This document shows positions 33,599 through 43,818 of a DNA stretch of 47,334 nucleotides, in pieces (position 1 is the first letter of the stretch; the number at the start of each line of letters is the position of its first letter). The position numbers and the translations under genes are program-made. The notes beneath the pieces were generated by a model that did not search any database, had not been told where the DNA came from, and saw only the letters and a program-made list of their open reading frames with translations. Origin of the DNA: an uncultured Candidatus Bathyarchaeia archaeon (GTDB lineage: Archaea; Thermoproteota; Bathyarchaeia; 40CM-2-53-6; CAYOZM01); the NCBI GenBank assembly GCA_964533795.1, contig CAZHMI010000001.1, positions 2,535-49,868 of the forward strand, given 5' to 3'.

Positions 33599-34510
33599 CT
33601 AAGTATATGAACGAAGATTCTCTATCTCCCCCAGAAATGTTCCATCTAGCAAATACACTTCCGCATTATCTAAATCGACACTTCCTGACCGCAGGACTGG
33701 ACCTATATATTCCGCTCTAGATTCCTTCGAACCCCCGATCACTTTCCTATTGATCGCTTGACCTCCTAAGAAGTCGTTGAACGAAGGCATTATAATACAA
33801 TCAGGATTCCTCAAACGCACATTGAAACGCCGCTTAAGCTCATCAGCTATACTCCCCTCAACCGCAATATTCAAATGTTTAAAGAGAGATCTCGCGAGCT
33901 TTTCGCTGTCGCACTTAGCTTTAACCCAGACCTGCCTCATGATTCTGAAACCGAGAACATCCTTGAACATAACAACTGGGTGAAGATGCCCCATAATAAG
34001 GCTGTCACATGCAAGAAGCTCAGGCGAAGGCCATGCATGCCCATGGAAGATGCCGATACTATTCCAAAGAATTGTTCCAGTTGACTGAAGAATCTTGACA
34101 TTCGAAGGTGTCAAAGGCTCAAGATTCCCATCATGGTTTCCCGGAACCACCTCAATATCCGAAACCAGTTTACTGATCTTTTCGAAGAAGTCTGGAACAT
34201 CGCGCCACTCCTCCATTTCCACCCTTGCAACAGTATGCTTTACGTCACCCAAGAGAATCAACTTGTTCGGTTTGCAAACGTCAATCACTTGAATGGTTCT
34301 CTCAAGTAGCTTGGAGGTCTGCGATGGCACGTGAATTCCTTGCCGCGCCAAAGTCACTTCCCAACCTATATGCAGGTCTCCAATAACCACGACGCGCTCG
34401 GATTTCCTCCGTAAGAGCAGAGCAGCAAAAGGGCTAACGGGTTTTAAGTGGCTAACGTTCGGCTCCTCCAGTAACGGTCTCAGAACTAACCGTTTATTTA
34501 TCCTTTTCAA
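33599..34510 (-). CDS. calcineurin-like metallophosphoesterase
   Basis: Motifs VVVIGDLHIG, LILLGDVKH, VPGNHD, FHGHAWP, IMGHLHP. Confidence 0.8.
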   Translation of the reverse strand: MKRINKRLVLRPLLEEPNVSHLKPVSPFAALLLRRKSERVVVIGDLHIGWEVTLARQGIHVPSQTSKLLERTIQVIDVCKPNKLILLGDVKHTVARVEMEEWRDVPDFFEKISKLVSDIEVVPGNHDGNLEPLTPSNVKILQSTGTILWNSIGIFHGHAWPSPELLACDSLIMGHLHPVVMFKDVLGFRIMRQVWVKAKCDSEKLARSLFKHLNIAVEGSIADELKRRFNVRLRNPDCIIMPSFNDFLGGQAINRKVIGGSKESRAEYIGPVLRSGSVDLDNAEVYLLDGTFLGEIENLRSYT

Positions 34511-34759
34511 AATCAGCTAAGAGGAGAAGAGAGAGGAATAAGCGAATCTCGCCAAGCCTTCCCACAGATTGACCTCTCACTATGAAAGGTAGTCTAATTT
34601 GTCCCGATGACGTTTGCATGACCATGGTCCATTTATCGATAGTTCATTCATCAATGGCGACCATAAAAGTGTCGTGTCGTCAATAGATTTAGTTGCATAT
34701 CAAAGTTCTTATAGAAAGGCGATGAGTTACCGCAACAGGAGTACAGGAAGCACGCGCAG

Positions 34760-35194
34760 ATGAGGGAGACCGGCAAGAGAGAGATCGCGGCAGTCGAGAA
34801 AGCTTGCAACGAAATACGTTCCACCGGACAGCTAAGCGAAAAGACAAAAATGAAGCTTATCAAACAGTTTTCGAAACGCTTTGAAAACGCAATGAACCTT
34901 ATCGACAAGAATAGAGTAAAGAAATACATGTTCAAACCAAGCAGCCGAGTAATATGGACGGTCATAGGAAGAAAAGGAGAGTACCAAGTGATCCCTGAAA
35001 CAAACTTCTGTAACTGCGATGACTACTACTTTAGAGTAATCGACCGGGAAAGAACATTGTGCTACCATATCATAGCCCAAATGTTCGCTGAAGCACTTGG
35101 TAGGTACACCGTTAAGAAGCTGCCCGATAGGGCTTACAGTAGCGTCACAGAGAAATGGAAAGTTGGAGAAGAGGATACTCAGACTTCTGAATAA
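34760..35194 (+). CDS. SWIM zinc-finger protein
   Basis: FCNCDDYYFRVIDRERTLCYHIIA matches the CxC...CxH SWIM signature. Confidence 0.65.
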   Translation: MRETGKREIAAVEKACNEIRSTGQLSEKTKMKLIKQFSKRFENAMNLIDKNRVKKYMFKPSSRVIWTVIGRKGEYQVIPETNFCNCDDYYFRVIDRERTLCYHIIAQMFAEALGRYTVKKLPDRAYSSVTEKWKVGEEDTQTSE

Positions 35195-35249
35195 GACATG
35201 TTTTAAATCTTAGCTGACAGTTATCGTTCTGAAACGAGGCGCTTATGAA

Positions 35250-35363
35250 GTGTCCCCTGATGAAACATTCGAGATAATCCGACTCTTCGTCTTAGTGCTC
35301 GCATTCATAACGTTGATCCTGATATTCTTATACATCTCGTATGAGAAGACTGAAGCAACCTGA
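35250..35363 (+). CDS. possible 37-aa single-pass membrane peptide
   Basis: GTG-start ORF MSPDETFEIIRLFVLVLAFITLILIFLYISYEKTEAT. Stop lies 3 nt before the next ORF. Not in the ORF track because of its length. Confidence 0.25.
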   Translation: MSPDETFEIIRLFVLVLAFITLILIFLYISYEKTEAT

Positions 35364-35366
35364 CCT

Positions 35367-35603
35367 ATGCGAGAAGCGCTTCAAATGAAAGAGAAAGCTT
35401 GGCTAGCATACAGTGACGCAGTTCCATATCTTTCAAACATAGAGTGGACTAAAGCTTCAATCACGAAAACCATCGAGGAGAGCAGAGACCTCATTGATTT
35501 TACAGAAAAATTAAAGCAACTTGAGGGGAAAGAGAAAGAGCCCACGAGAAGGAGCGATTTAAGGATCTATTTGATATATTTGGAGAAGGCCATTCAGAAA
35601 TAG
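35367..35603 (+). CDS. hypothetical 78-aa helical protein
   Basis: ORF only. Confidence 0.35.
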   Translation: MREALQMKEKAWLAYSDAVPYLSNIEWTKASITKTIEESRDLIDFTEKLKQLEGKEKEPTRRSDLRIYLIYLEKAIQK

Positions 35604-35741
35604 CGAATTGAATTTCATGCCTTCTTTGAAAAGCCGCTTTTCATCCCCTCTGTTCAGAGTCCTATAGTTTCTAGCTCAAATGTTTATGAATGGCTCTTCA
35701 GGTAGAGGATAGAGACCTCTAGTAAATCTAGGCAGAAAGCC

Positions 35742-38588
35742 ATGGCTGAAAACGCCTTCCAGCTCCTTTCGAAGCCTGTGAAAAGACAGTTAGAGAGAGA
35801 AGAGATAGCGGAGCCCAGTGAGATTCAGAAGCTAGCTATCCCAGCGATCCTAGAGGGCAAGAATGTTCTCATTATTGCGCCAACCGGCACTGGCAAAACA
35901 TATGCAGCCGTTCTTCCCGTATTTGATCTATTTCTCTCAGCAAGAAGTGCTGCGAAGCCAGTCGGCATATCGATCCTCTACGTCACGCCGCTTAGAGCCT
36001 TGAACCGGGATTTGTTAAGGCGACTCTCCGAGATCGGGAAAGACTTGGATATCGATGTCCAAGTCAGGCATGGAGACACAGTCGCTAGCGTAAGAGCGAT
36101 GCAAGCCAAATTCCCGCCGGACATGCTGATAACAACCCCTGAGACTCTACAAGCGATTCTCCCAGGAAAGAGAATGAAAGAACATTTGAAACATGTCAAA
36201 TGGGTGATAATCGATGAGATTCATGAATTAACCACTGATAAGCGTGGAACACAGCTTGCAGTAGCTTTGGAGAGACTACGCCAGTTGGCAGGTCGAGAGT
36301 TTCAAAGAATCGGCTTATCAGCTACGATAGGCGAAGAGGACAAAGTAGCCAGATTTCTAGCGGGAACTGAACGTGAAGTAAAGACGGTAAAGTCCTCAGA
36401 ACTTAGAACGTTCGACGTGACGGTGGAGTATGTCACACCTACAAAGGATGACTATAAAGAAGCTGATAGGCTGGGCGTCCCAGCGCCAGCCATCGCTAGA
36501 ATTAGAAGAATTATCGATCTAATGTCGAAACAGCGGTCCTCTCTTGTCTTCACAAACACTAGAGAACATGCAGAAGCTCTAGGATCGCAAATCCATGCAT
36601 TGAACAGCGAGTTGCCTGTCAGGGTACACCATGGCTCCTTATCTAGAGAGATACGTGAAGAGGTTGAGAAGGAATTCCAAGAAGGCATAGTCAAGAGTGT
36701 TATATGCACCTCATCCTTGGAGCTGGGCATAGATATCGGAACAGTCGACTTCATAGTACAATACATGTCTCCGAGAGAAGCTACTCGCCTGATACAAAGA
36801 GTTGGAAGAAGCGGACATAGAATAAGAGGAGTTCCGAAAGGGTGCATCATAGCTGGATGGGCGGACGACATAGTGGAGTCGTCCGCAATTGTGAACCGAG
36901 CGAAAAAGGAGAGCCTTGAACAAGTTAAGATCCATGAAAATGCTCTCGATGTCTTGGCCCACCAGATTATCGGTATGCTACTCGATTCAAAACAAATGAA
37001 ACTTGAAGGAGTTTACGAGGTAGTAAGAAACTCTTACCCATACAGAGATCTTCCGCCTGAAGACTTGATGGCTGTTGTAAAGCAACTGGAAAATCTTCGG
37101 CTTCTAAGACTGAGAGAAGACTCTATCCAACCAAGATATCCGAAGGCGTTCAAATACTATTATGATAATCTCTCGGTAATTCCAGATGTAAAGAAGTATA
37201 CTGTGTTCGACTTCATTAGAAAACGGAGGATAGGCGTTCTGGATCAAGAGTTCGTTGCCAGACGGTGCTCCTCTGGAACAGAGTTCATAATGCATGGTCA
37301 AACTTGGCGGGTTATAAGCGTAGATGAGACGGACCTCTCGATTGAGGTTGAACCAACCGCGCCGAGTTTGAATGCAATACCGAGTTGGGAAGGGGAGATA
37401 ATTCCAGTAAGCTATGAAGTCGCTGTGCAAGTCGGCAACCTTAGGGGCGTGATAGCGAATAGCTTGAAAGATCTTAAGCAAGAAAGAATAGCTGCAGAGA
37501 CCGGTATAGGCGAGAGTGCTATCGGCAAAGTCGTCGAGACGATTGAAAGCCATATTCATGATTACCCTCTTCCAACCGACAAAAGGATAATCATCGAGAA
37601 TTACGAGAACTGCATAGTAATCCACTGCTGCTTCGGCAACCTTGTGAACGAAACACTAGGGACAGCCCTAGCTACAATACTCAGCTCTAAGTACGGTATG
37701 CATATTGCAACACAAGTAGACCCGTACAGAGTAGCCTTGACGTGTCCATTCAAGATCAACGCTCAACTAGTGGCGAATGAATTGACAAAGTTCACCCCTG
37801 AAGAGCTTGAAAAAACGATCAATGAAGCCATCGAAAGAACTGAGCTATTCATATGGAGGCACTGGCATGTAGCCAGAAGGTTCGGAGCAGTTGAGAGAGC
37901 AGCGGACTACAAGATGAATAAAGCTAGACTTCTTGCCGACGTGTATAGAGGAACGCCGATAAACAAAGAGGCGAAGAGAGAGATCTTCCTAGAGAAACTA
38001 GATGTGGAAAATGCAAAGCGAATAGTTCAGCAAATCATCGATGGAAAACTGGCTGTTGAACTCTCCCCGCAAAAAGGAACGAGTTGTTCACCATTCGCTA
38101 TGCCGATAGTCGACAAAATAGTCCCTCACGATCTCTTGAGGCCAGCTGTTCCAACAGCATCATTAGCTGAAGTAGTTAAAGAACGACTTCTATCGCATAC
38201 AGTCAGACTCGTCTGCATATTCAATGCTGACTGGGAAGGCATAAGATCGGTCAAGACGCTACCTGAGAGAATCAAATGCCCGTCCTGTAACTCGACGTTG
38301 ATTGCAGTCACATACCAAGGCGACGAGGAACTCCTCAAGATCTCGAAAAAGAAGAAGAAGCAACAACTGACAACGGAAGAACAGGGAGCATGGAATAGAG
38401 GTTGGAAGAGCGCAAGCCTAGTTCAAACCGCAGGTAAGAAAGCCGTCATCTCGATGAGTGGCAGAGGAGTTGGCCCAACGACAGCCGCACGGATACTAAG
38501 GAAGTTCGTTCGCAACGAACAGGAGTTCTACGCGGAAATCCTGAAGGCTGAAAGAGAGTACGCTAGAACCCGCCTATTCTGGGATTAA
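35742..38588 (+). CDS. lhr: Lhr-type large ATP-dependent helicase (DEAD/DEAH box plus DEAD/H-associated domain)
   Basis: APTGTGKT, VIIDEIHE, SAT, VCTSSLELGIDIG, QRVGRSGHR. About 950 aa with a long C-terminal extension containing a CPSCNS zinc-like motif. Confidence 0.85.
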   Translation: MAENAFQLLSKPVKRQLEREEIAEPSEIQKLAIPAILEGKNVLIIAPTGTGKTYAAVLPVFDLFLSARSAAKPVGISILYVTPLRALNRDLLRRLSEIGKDLDIDVQVRHGDTVASVRAMQAKFPPDMLITTPETLQAILPGKRMKEHLKHVKWVIIDEIHELTTDKRGTQLAVALERLRQLAGREFQRIGLSATIGEEDKVARFLAGTEREVKTVKSSELRTFDVTVEYVTPTKDDYKEADRLGVPAPAIARIRRIIDLMSKQRSSLVFTNTREHAEALGSQIHALNSELPVRVHHGSLSREIREEVEKEFQEGIVKSVICTSSLELGIDIGTVDFIVQYMSPREATRLIQRVGRSGHRIRGVPKGCIIAGWADDIVESSAIVNRAKKESLEQVKIHENALDVLAHQIIGMLLDSKQMKLEGVYEVVRNSYPYRDLPPEDLMAVVKQLENLRLLRLREDSIQPRYPKAFKYYYDNLSVIPDVKKYTVFDFIRKRRIGVLDQEFVARRCSSGTEFIMHGQTWRVISVDETDLSIEVEPTAPSLNAIPSWEGEIIPVSYEVAVQVGNLRGVIANSLKDLKQERIAAETGIGESAIGKVVETIESHIHDYPLPTDKRIIIENYENCIVIHCCFGNLVNETLGTALATILSSKYGMHIATQVDPYRVALTCPFKINAQLVANELTKFTPEELEKTINEAIERTELFIWRHWHVARRFGAVERAADYKMNKARLLADVYRGTPINKEAKREIFLEKLDVENAKRIVQQIIDGKLAVELSPQKGTSCSPFAMPIVDKIVPHDLLRPAVPTASLAEVVKERLLSHTVRLVCIFNADWEGIRSVKTLPERIKCPSCNSTLIAVTYQGDEELLKISKKKKKQQLTTEEQGAWNRGWKSASLVQTAGKKAVISMSGRGVGPTTAARILRKFVRNEQEFYAEILKAEREYARTRLFWD

Positions 38589-38777
38589 ATACCCACAGCT
38601 ATTGTCGATCATTATGCTTGAGTCGATAGGTTCTTGAAACTCCTCTAATAGCTGCCGACTTTTCCATTGAACTTTCAGGAAGACGAGGCCGGAGACGAAG
38701 ATGTTTGTGTCGATCAGGCCCTTAGGTTTGAGTTTTGGCATGCTTCTCTTCCAGCAGTTTCGCTTTGGCTCTCTCAA
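38574..38777 (-). pseudogene. vapC: PIN-domain toxin (VapC-like), C-terminally truncated
   Basis: KGLIDTNIFVSGLVF is a PIN N-terminal motif, but the ORF stops after about 55-67 aa and its end overlaps the lhr 3' end. Confidence 0.55.
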
Positions 38778-39011
38778 CCTCCTTCATTAGGGAGTTGCGG
38801 GTCTATACCTCTCTCCTTTGCCTGACTTTGGAGAATCGTGGAGATCTCGTCCAAGGATAACTCGTCCACCTTCTTCATCACGATGAGGGTGGCCCACTTT
38901 GGTCACATAGAGGTAATTATCTTTATTTAGTGATAGGTCCCTCCTTATCTCAATCGGAAGAGTAAACTGCCCCTTCGATGTCATCTTGACAACCTCACTA
39001 GTAGCTATCAT
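38774..39011 (-). pseudogene. vapB: AbrB/SpoVT-type antitoxin (VapB-like), frameshifted
   Basis: MTSKGQFTLPIEIRRDLSL...YLYVTKVG, then the annotated frame becomes implausible. A shifted frame reads TLIVMKKVDELSLDEISTILQSQAKERGIDPQLPNEGG* and ends in a TTGA overlap with the vapC start. Confidence 0.55.
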
Positions 39012-39052
39012 ATTCGCCTACAGCTAGAAGTAAGAATTCCTTACATATGCAT

Positions 39053-39265
39053 TTAACCGACAAGCCCACCATCAGATTTTCTTGCGAAAACGATTTGCAA
39101 AGTTTCTCTATACCGGTGGAAACCCAAACTTGCAAAACTACTGGACCAGATATGACCGTCCTCAACATCCAATTCCCCAGTTAGCTCTGAAATGATCGGG
39201 CACGTGGTAACTCGTCTGTTGTAAACGTCGAAGCATGTTCGGGTTTCAGATTTGCTAGCTCTCAT
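39053..39265 (-). CDS. hypothetical protein (70 aa)
   Basis: ORF only. Confidence 0.2.
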   Translation of the reverse strand: MRASKSETRTCFDVYNRRVTTCPIISELTGELDVEDGHIWSSSFASLGFHRYRETLQIVFARKSDGGLVG

Positions 39266-39455
39266 TGGCGTCAGCTTCAGCTAATACATGTCAAGAAGCA
39301 ACGATTGCAAAATTCGATTGCGATTTATGAGAGATGTGCTGGGAAAAAGAGGGGATTTGCGGGGGACATCGCCTTTTTCTACGGATAATACTAAAATATA
39401 GAGTCTTGCATTCTGCTTAAGAACCATTCAACAATTCAGGACTTGCCTGCGGTAG

Positions 39456-40691
39456 ATGTCGGATAGCATGTTCAACAGAGTTGCAGCATACCTAGGCTTA
39501 GAACGGATAGTGCTAGTTGCTTGCGTCGCGTTCTTTATTTTGAACTTTGGAACTTCCCTCTGGCTGACCCTCTTCGCGGTCTACCTTGACAATGCGGGTT
39601 TGACAGCCATTTGGATCGGCGCAGTTCTAACAGGAATCAACGGCTCAATCAGCTTAACGTACCTTCCATCAGGAAGATTATCGGATCTTGTCGGAAGAAG
39701 AACTCCTCTTATCGCTGGAAGCGCTCTAATTGCTGTAAACACATTCTTCCTCTACTTCACTAAGAACCCTCTTCTAATCATGGTATTCACTATTCTCTAC
39801 GGAATCGGTCAAGGACTCGCGACGCCAGCGGTTAACGCTCTAGTCGCAGAAGCTAGTCACCCAAGCAAATCTGGAATGGCTTATGCAAGCTACTACATCT
39901 CCATCCTATCTGCCACAGTGTTAGGCTCATGCCTCTCTGGACTCTTAGCGGGCTCCTTTGGGTTCCAAAGTCTGTTTCTAATCGCGTCTATACTTCTAGC
40001 GGTCGCTACAGTGATCATCTATGTCTCCATTAAGGGGAAAGGCGACCAATGGAGAGGCTCTTATCATCTGGCATTCGAAGAAAGCTTGAAAAAATCAATC
40101 TCAGGAACCACCTTATTATTGCGGGCAGATAAAGAGCTCCAATTGCTTGCAGTCGCTCTTTCATTCCACGCCTTCGGATTCTACATGCTGAACCCCTACA
40201 TCGCACTCTATGCTACTTACGGCATTCGCCTTGATGTCGTCCAAACTGGTGTAATAATAGCATTATGGAATTTAGGGATGATATCAGCTCAGATCCCATT
40301 CGGCAAAATGACCGACAAGCTGGGTGGAAGACCTATGCTCTTCATGCATTTTGTACTCTCGACAATTTCTTGGGTGGCATACGCCTTGTCGAAAAGTTTC
40401 ATAGCCGCAATCATAACGATGATGACCTTCGGCGTAATAGGTGCAATGGATATGCCCGCTAGAAGGACGATAATGTTAGAGCATGCCACTGAAGATGCCG
40501 GCAAAGCTACGATAATTGGAGTCGTGGATTCAATAACGACAGGAGCAGGAATATTCGCACCGCTCATCGGCGCAATAGCATGGGCTCAAATAGGCTACTC
40601 AGCACCATTCATAATAGGTGCTGCCGTAAACGTCTTTGCATGCTTGCCAATGGCGGCGTTGTTGAGGAGAAGATGTCTATCAACAAGTTGA
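39456..40691 (+). CDS. MFS transporter
   Basis: 411 aa with about 12 TM segments. GRLSDLVGRR loop after TM2. Confidence 0.8.
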   Translation: MSDSMFNRVAAYLGLERIVLVACVAFFILNFGTSLWLTLFAVYLDNAGLTAIWIGAVLTGINGSISLTYLPSGRLSDLVGRRTPLIAGSALIAVNTFFLYFTKNPLLIMVFTILYGIGQGLATPAVNALVAEASHPSKSGMAYASYYISILSATVLGSCLSGLLAGSFGFQSLFLIASILLAVATVIIYVSIKGKGDQWRGSYHLAFEESLKKSISGTTLLLRADKELQLLAVALSFHAFGFYMLNPYIALYATYGIRLDVVQTGVIIALWNLGMISAQIPFGKMTDKLGGRPMLFMHFVLSTISWVAYALSKSFIAAIITMMTFGVIGAMDMPARRTIMLEHATEDAGKATIIGVVDSITTGAGIFAPLIGAIAWAQIGYSAPFIIGAAVNVFACLPMAALLRRRCLSTS

Positions 40692-41452
40692 TAATTGAAG
40701 GAAAGATGGTGACGAGAGAACTTCGATTGAATGACTTGGAAACCGCCTACTCTGAAACACGAAATATTGAAAGCCTCGCATCGAAGCTAGGCGCCGACCT
40801 ATTCGGAGTTGCTAACTTAAGCTTATACCAAGACTCTTACGGGATCTCTAAGCCGTTGCTCTCAAGGTATGCATTCGGTATTTCGATAGCAGTCAAACTA
40901 TCAAATGAGATAATCGATAGAATCACTAAAGAGGACCCTACAGAAGCTTACGCTCACCATTACAGACAGGTCAACGCTCTGCTCGATAACATGGCATCCA
41001 AGATCGCGGAATACTGCAAAAATAGGGGATGTGAAGCAGTATCGATCCCAGCATCCCAAGTGATAGATGAACTTAATCTTGTAGGGATCATCTCCCACAA
41101 AGCTGTCGCCGCGCTAGCTGGAATCGGTTGGCTAGGCAAGAACCTGCTCATCATAAACGAGAAATTCGGCCCTCGCATAAGATTGGCATCTATCCTAACG
41201 ACTCTCCCGTTAACCGCGAACGTTCCGATAGAGAATCGCTGCGGAAAGTGCACTATATGCGTAAAGACTTGCCCGGTCCAAGCTATAAAAGAGTCCCACT
41301 TCACAGAGAGACCGTCATCCCGTGAAGAAGCTTTAGACATCAACACCTGTAATAAAAGGCTATTAGAAATAGAGGGCCAACCTCGTTTTGGAAGCCGAGT
41401 TTGCGGGATATGCATCAAGGTCTGTCCTTGGGGAAAGAAAGCCGCGGCTTGA
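40673..41452 (+). CDS. QueG-like (epoxyqueuosine reductase family) 4Fe-4S protein
   Basis: ISHKAVAALAGIGWLGKNLLIINEKFGPRIRLASILT and CGKCTICVKTCPVQAI. Start chosen at ATG 40673, because the ORF-track start 40580 lies inside the MFS gene. Confidence 0.6.
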   Translation: MSINKLIIEGKMVTRELRLNDLETAYSETRNIESLASKLGADLFGVANLSLYQDSYGISKPLLSRYAFGISIAVKLSNEIIDRITKEDPTEAYAHHYRQVNALLDNMASKIAEYCKNRGCEAVSIPASQVIDELNLVGIISHKAVAALAGIGWLGKNLLIINEKFGPRIRLASILTTLPLTANVPIENRCGKCTICVKTCPVQAIKESHFTERPSSREEALDINTCNKRLLEIEGQPRFGSRVCGICIKVCPWGKKAAA

Positions 41453-41551
41453 AATTGACGGTGGGCTCGACGAAGTTCGGACCGCCGTTTCCGCCGCGAT
41501 AACCCAACAAGAATAAATACGTAGCTTCAAGAGATTTCAATTCAATGAGAG

Positions 41552-41788
41552 ATGCCTTTGATACTCATAGATTCAAAAGCTTGCGATGGTTGCGGTTTAT
41601 GCGTAGCCGTTTGTCCAACGTCAGTACTTGAGCTATCAGACCGAAAAGTACAAGTTGTGAATCAGCAAGCATGCCTAGGCATCGAAGCAAAACCATCTTG
41701 CGTCGAATGCGTTGGAAGAACAGAAGCGTGCGCCGGATGTGTGGCGTGCGTTAGAAATTGTCCAACTAAAGCGATAATGATTCGATGA
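41552..41788 (+). CDS. 4Fe-4S dicluster ferredoxin
   Basis: CDGCGLCVAVCP and CAGCVACVRNCP motifs. Confidence 0.8.
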   Translation: MPLILIDSKACDGCGLCVAVCPTSVLELSDRKVQVVNQQACLGIEAKPSCVECVGRTEACAGCVACVRNCPTKAIMIR

Positions 41789-41871
41789 AGTTGGTTGTCA
41801 CGTTGATTGATGAACCATCCAAAGAGGGAGGATTGCCCAGTAAATTCTAGTTCAAATTAGAGGGTGGGTAT

Positions 41872-42114
41872 TTGTCAGATAAGGTGAAAGTAGATCGAGT
41901 ACTGGACTGCATTGGGCTGTACTGCCCAGTTCCAGTCTTCAGGACAAAAGAAGAAATTGACAAGCTTTCTGTGGGCCAGGTTCTTGAGGTTATCGCTGAT
42001 GATCCGGCCGCGGAAGAGGATATCAAGTATTGGGCTAAGAATGCTGGACAGGAGATTCTTGAGGTAAAGCGAGAGAATGGAAAGATCAGGTTTCTGATGA
42101 GGAAATTGAGGTAG
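41872..42114 (+). CDS. tusA: TusA/SirA-family sulfur carrier protein
   Basis: LDCIGLYCPVPVFRTKEEI (CP-x-P motif). 80 aa, TTG start. Confidence 0.8.
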   Translation: MSDKVKVDRVLDCIGLYCPVPVFRTKEEIDKLSVGQVLEVIADDPAAEEDIKYWAKNAGQEILEVKRENGKIRFLMRKLR

Positions 42115-42260
42115 GACACGTTGGCGCTTAGTGCGAAAAGGAGGCGGCTGCAACCATAAACCGCTTAGCTCCCGAAGCCGTCGCGGTCATCTGCACCTAA
42201 CTCTTCAATTCCAAGTATGCAGTGCTACAAAATGAGTGATTTTGGGAGAAGAATAATCAC

Positions 42261-43436
42261 GTGAAAAGAATATGTATGGATTACCAAGCCGGGGCTCCAA
42301 CAGATCCCAGAGTGCTTGAAGCTATGATGCCTTACTTTACTGAGATCTTCGGAAATCCTTCTTCATCCCATCAATTTGGGCAGGAGGCGAAAATTGCTAT
42401 GGATCATGCTAGAAGTAGCGTCGCCGAATTAGTAGGTGCCAAGAAGGCCGAAGAGATTGTGTTTACGTCTGGCGGAACTGAAAGCAATAACCTCGCGATT
42501 AGAGGCGTGGCTCACAGGAATAGAGAAAAAGGCGACCATGTAATCACCACTAAGATTGAACACATGTCGGTAATCAATACATGCAAGTCTCTTCAAAAGG
42601 AAGGCTTCAAAGTCACATTCATTCCAGTCGACAAATATGGGGTAGTAGACCTTGAGAGATTGAGGAGCGAAATAAGCGAAAAGACCATTCTCATCTCGGT
42701 CATGTATGCGAACGGCGAGATAGGAACGGTTGAGCCTATAAGAGAGATAGGCTCGATCTGCCACCACAATAAAATTTACTTCCACGTTGACGCCGTTGCT
42801 GCAGCGGGAAAAATTCCAATAGACGTTCAGCAAGAAGATATAGATTTGTTATCGATTTCATCGAACGATATGTACGGACCGAAAGGAGTCGGCGCACTAT
42901 ACATTCGAGAGGGAATGAGAATAATTCCTGTCATGTTCGGAGGAGGGCAGGAGAAGGGACTACGATCAGGATCTGAAGATATCCCAGGCATTGTTGGCAT
43001 GGGCAAGGCGGCGGAAATTGCGAAGAATGAGATGTACTCTGAAAGCAAAAGAATGATCGAGTTGCGAGATCGACTAATAAGCAATATTACCCGAGATATT
43101 CCACACTCGTACTTGAACGGACATCCAACAGAGAGACTCCCAAATAACGTGAACGTTAGGTTCAGCTATATTGAAGGGGAATCGTTGATTCTAAGCCTTG
43201 ACATGGAAGGTGTTGCCGTGTCTTCAGGGTCAGCGTGCACTTCCAAGACCTTGGAGCCATCGCATGTTTTGCTTGCAATAGGGCTGGCCCATGAGGAGGC
43301 GCATGGATCATTACTCTTCTCGCTCGGTAGGCAAACTTCAAAAGAGGACGTTGACTATGTCTCAGGAATACTGCCTAGCATAGTGAAGCGATTAAGAGCT
43401 ATGTCTCCATTAACGCCGAAAGAAGAGGCTGGGTGA
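42261..43436 (+). CDS. nifS: cysteine desulfurase (NifS/IscS type)
   Basis: SGGTESNN. SSGSACTS active-site Cys loop. About 390 aa, GTG start. Confidence 0.9.
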   Translation: MKRICMDYQAGAPTDPRVLEAMMPYFTEIFGNPSSSHQFGQEAKIAMDHARSSVAELVGAKKAEEIVFTSGGTESNNLAIRGVAHRNREKGDHVITTKIEHMSVINTCKSLQKEGFKVTFIPVDKYGVVDLERLRSEISEKTILISVMYANGEIGTVEPIREIGSICHHNKIYFHVDAVAAAGKIPIDVQQEDIDLLSISSNDMYGPKGVGALYIREGMRIIPVMFGGGQEKGLRSGSEDIPGIVGMGKAAEIAKNEMYSESKRMIELRDRLISNITRDIPHSYLNGHPTERLPNNVNVRFSYIEGESLILSLDMEGVAVSSGSACTSKTLEPSHVLLAIGLAHEEAHGSLLFSLGRQTSKEDVDYVSGILPSIVKRLRAMSPLTPKEEAG

Positions 43437-43440
43437 TAGG

Positions 43441-43818
43441 ATGTACAGCCAGAAGGTTATGGAACACTTCAGAAACCCTCGAAACATGGGCGAAATCCCG
43501 GATGCAGACGGAGTAGGAACTGTGGGAAATCCCATATGCGGAGACATGATGAAGATCTTCATTAAAGTGAAAGACAATAGGTTGGAGGATGTCAAGTTCA
43601 AAACTTTCGGTTGTGGAGCGGCTATAGCCACCAGTAGTATGATAACGGAATTGGCGAAGGGGAAAACGATCGATGAGGCTATGAAGATCACTCGTTCTGA
43701 TGTTGCAGATGCTCTAGAAGGTTTACCTCCGATAAAGATGCATTGCTCCAATCTAGCGGCCGATGGGTTGCGTGCAGCGATAGAGGACTACTTGAAGAAA
43801 AGGGAGGCATCGAAATGA
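43441..43818 (+). CDS. iscU: Fe-S cluster scaffold IscU/NifU N-terminal type
   Basis: GNPICGDMM, FKTFGCGAAIATSS, MHCSNLAADGL (three conserved Cys). Confidence 0.9.
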   Translation: MYSQKVMEHFRNPRNMGEIPDADGVGTVGNPICGDMMKIFIKVKDNRLEDVKFKTFGCGAAIATSSMITELAKGKTIDEAMKITRSDVADALEGLPPIKMHCSNLAADGLRAAIEDYLKKREASK

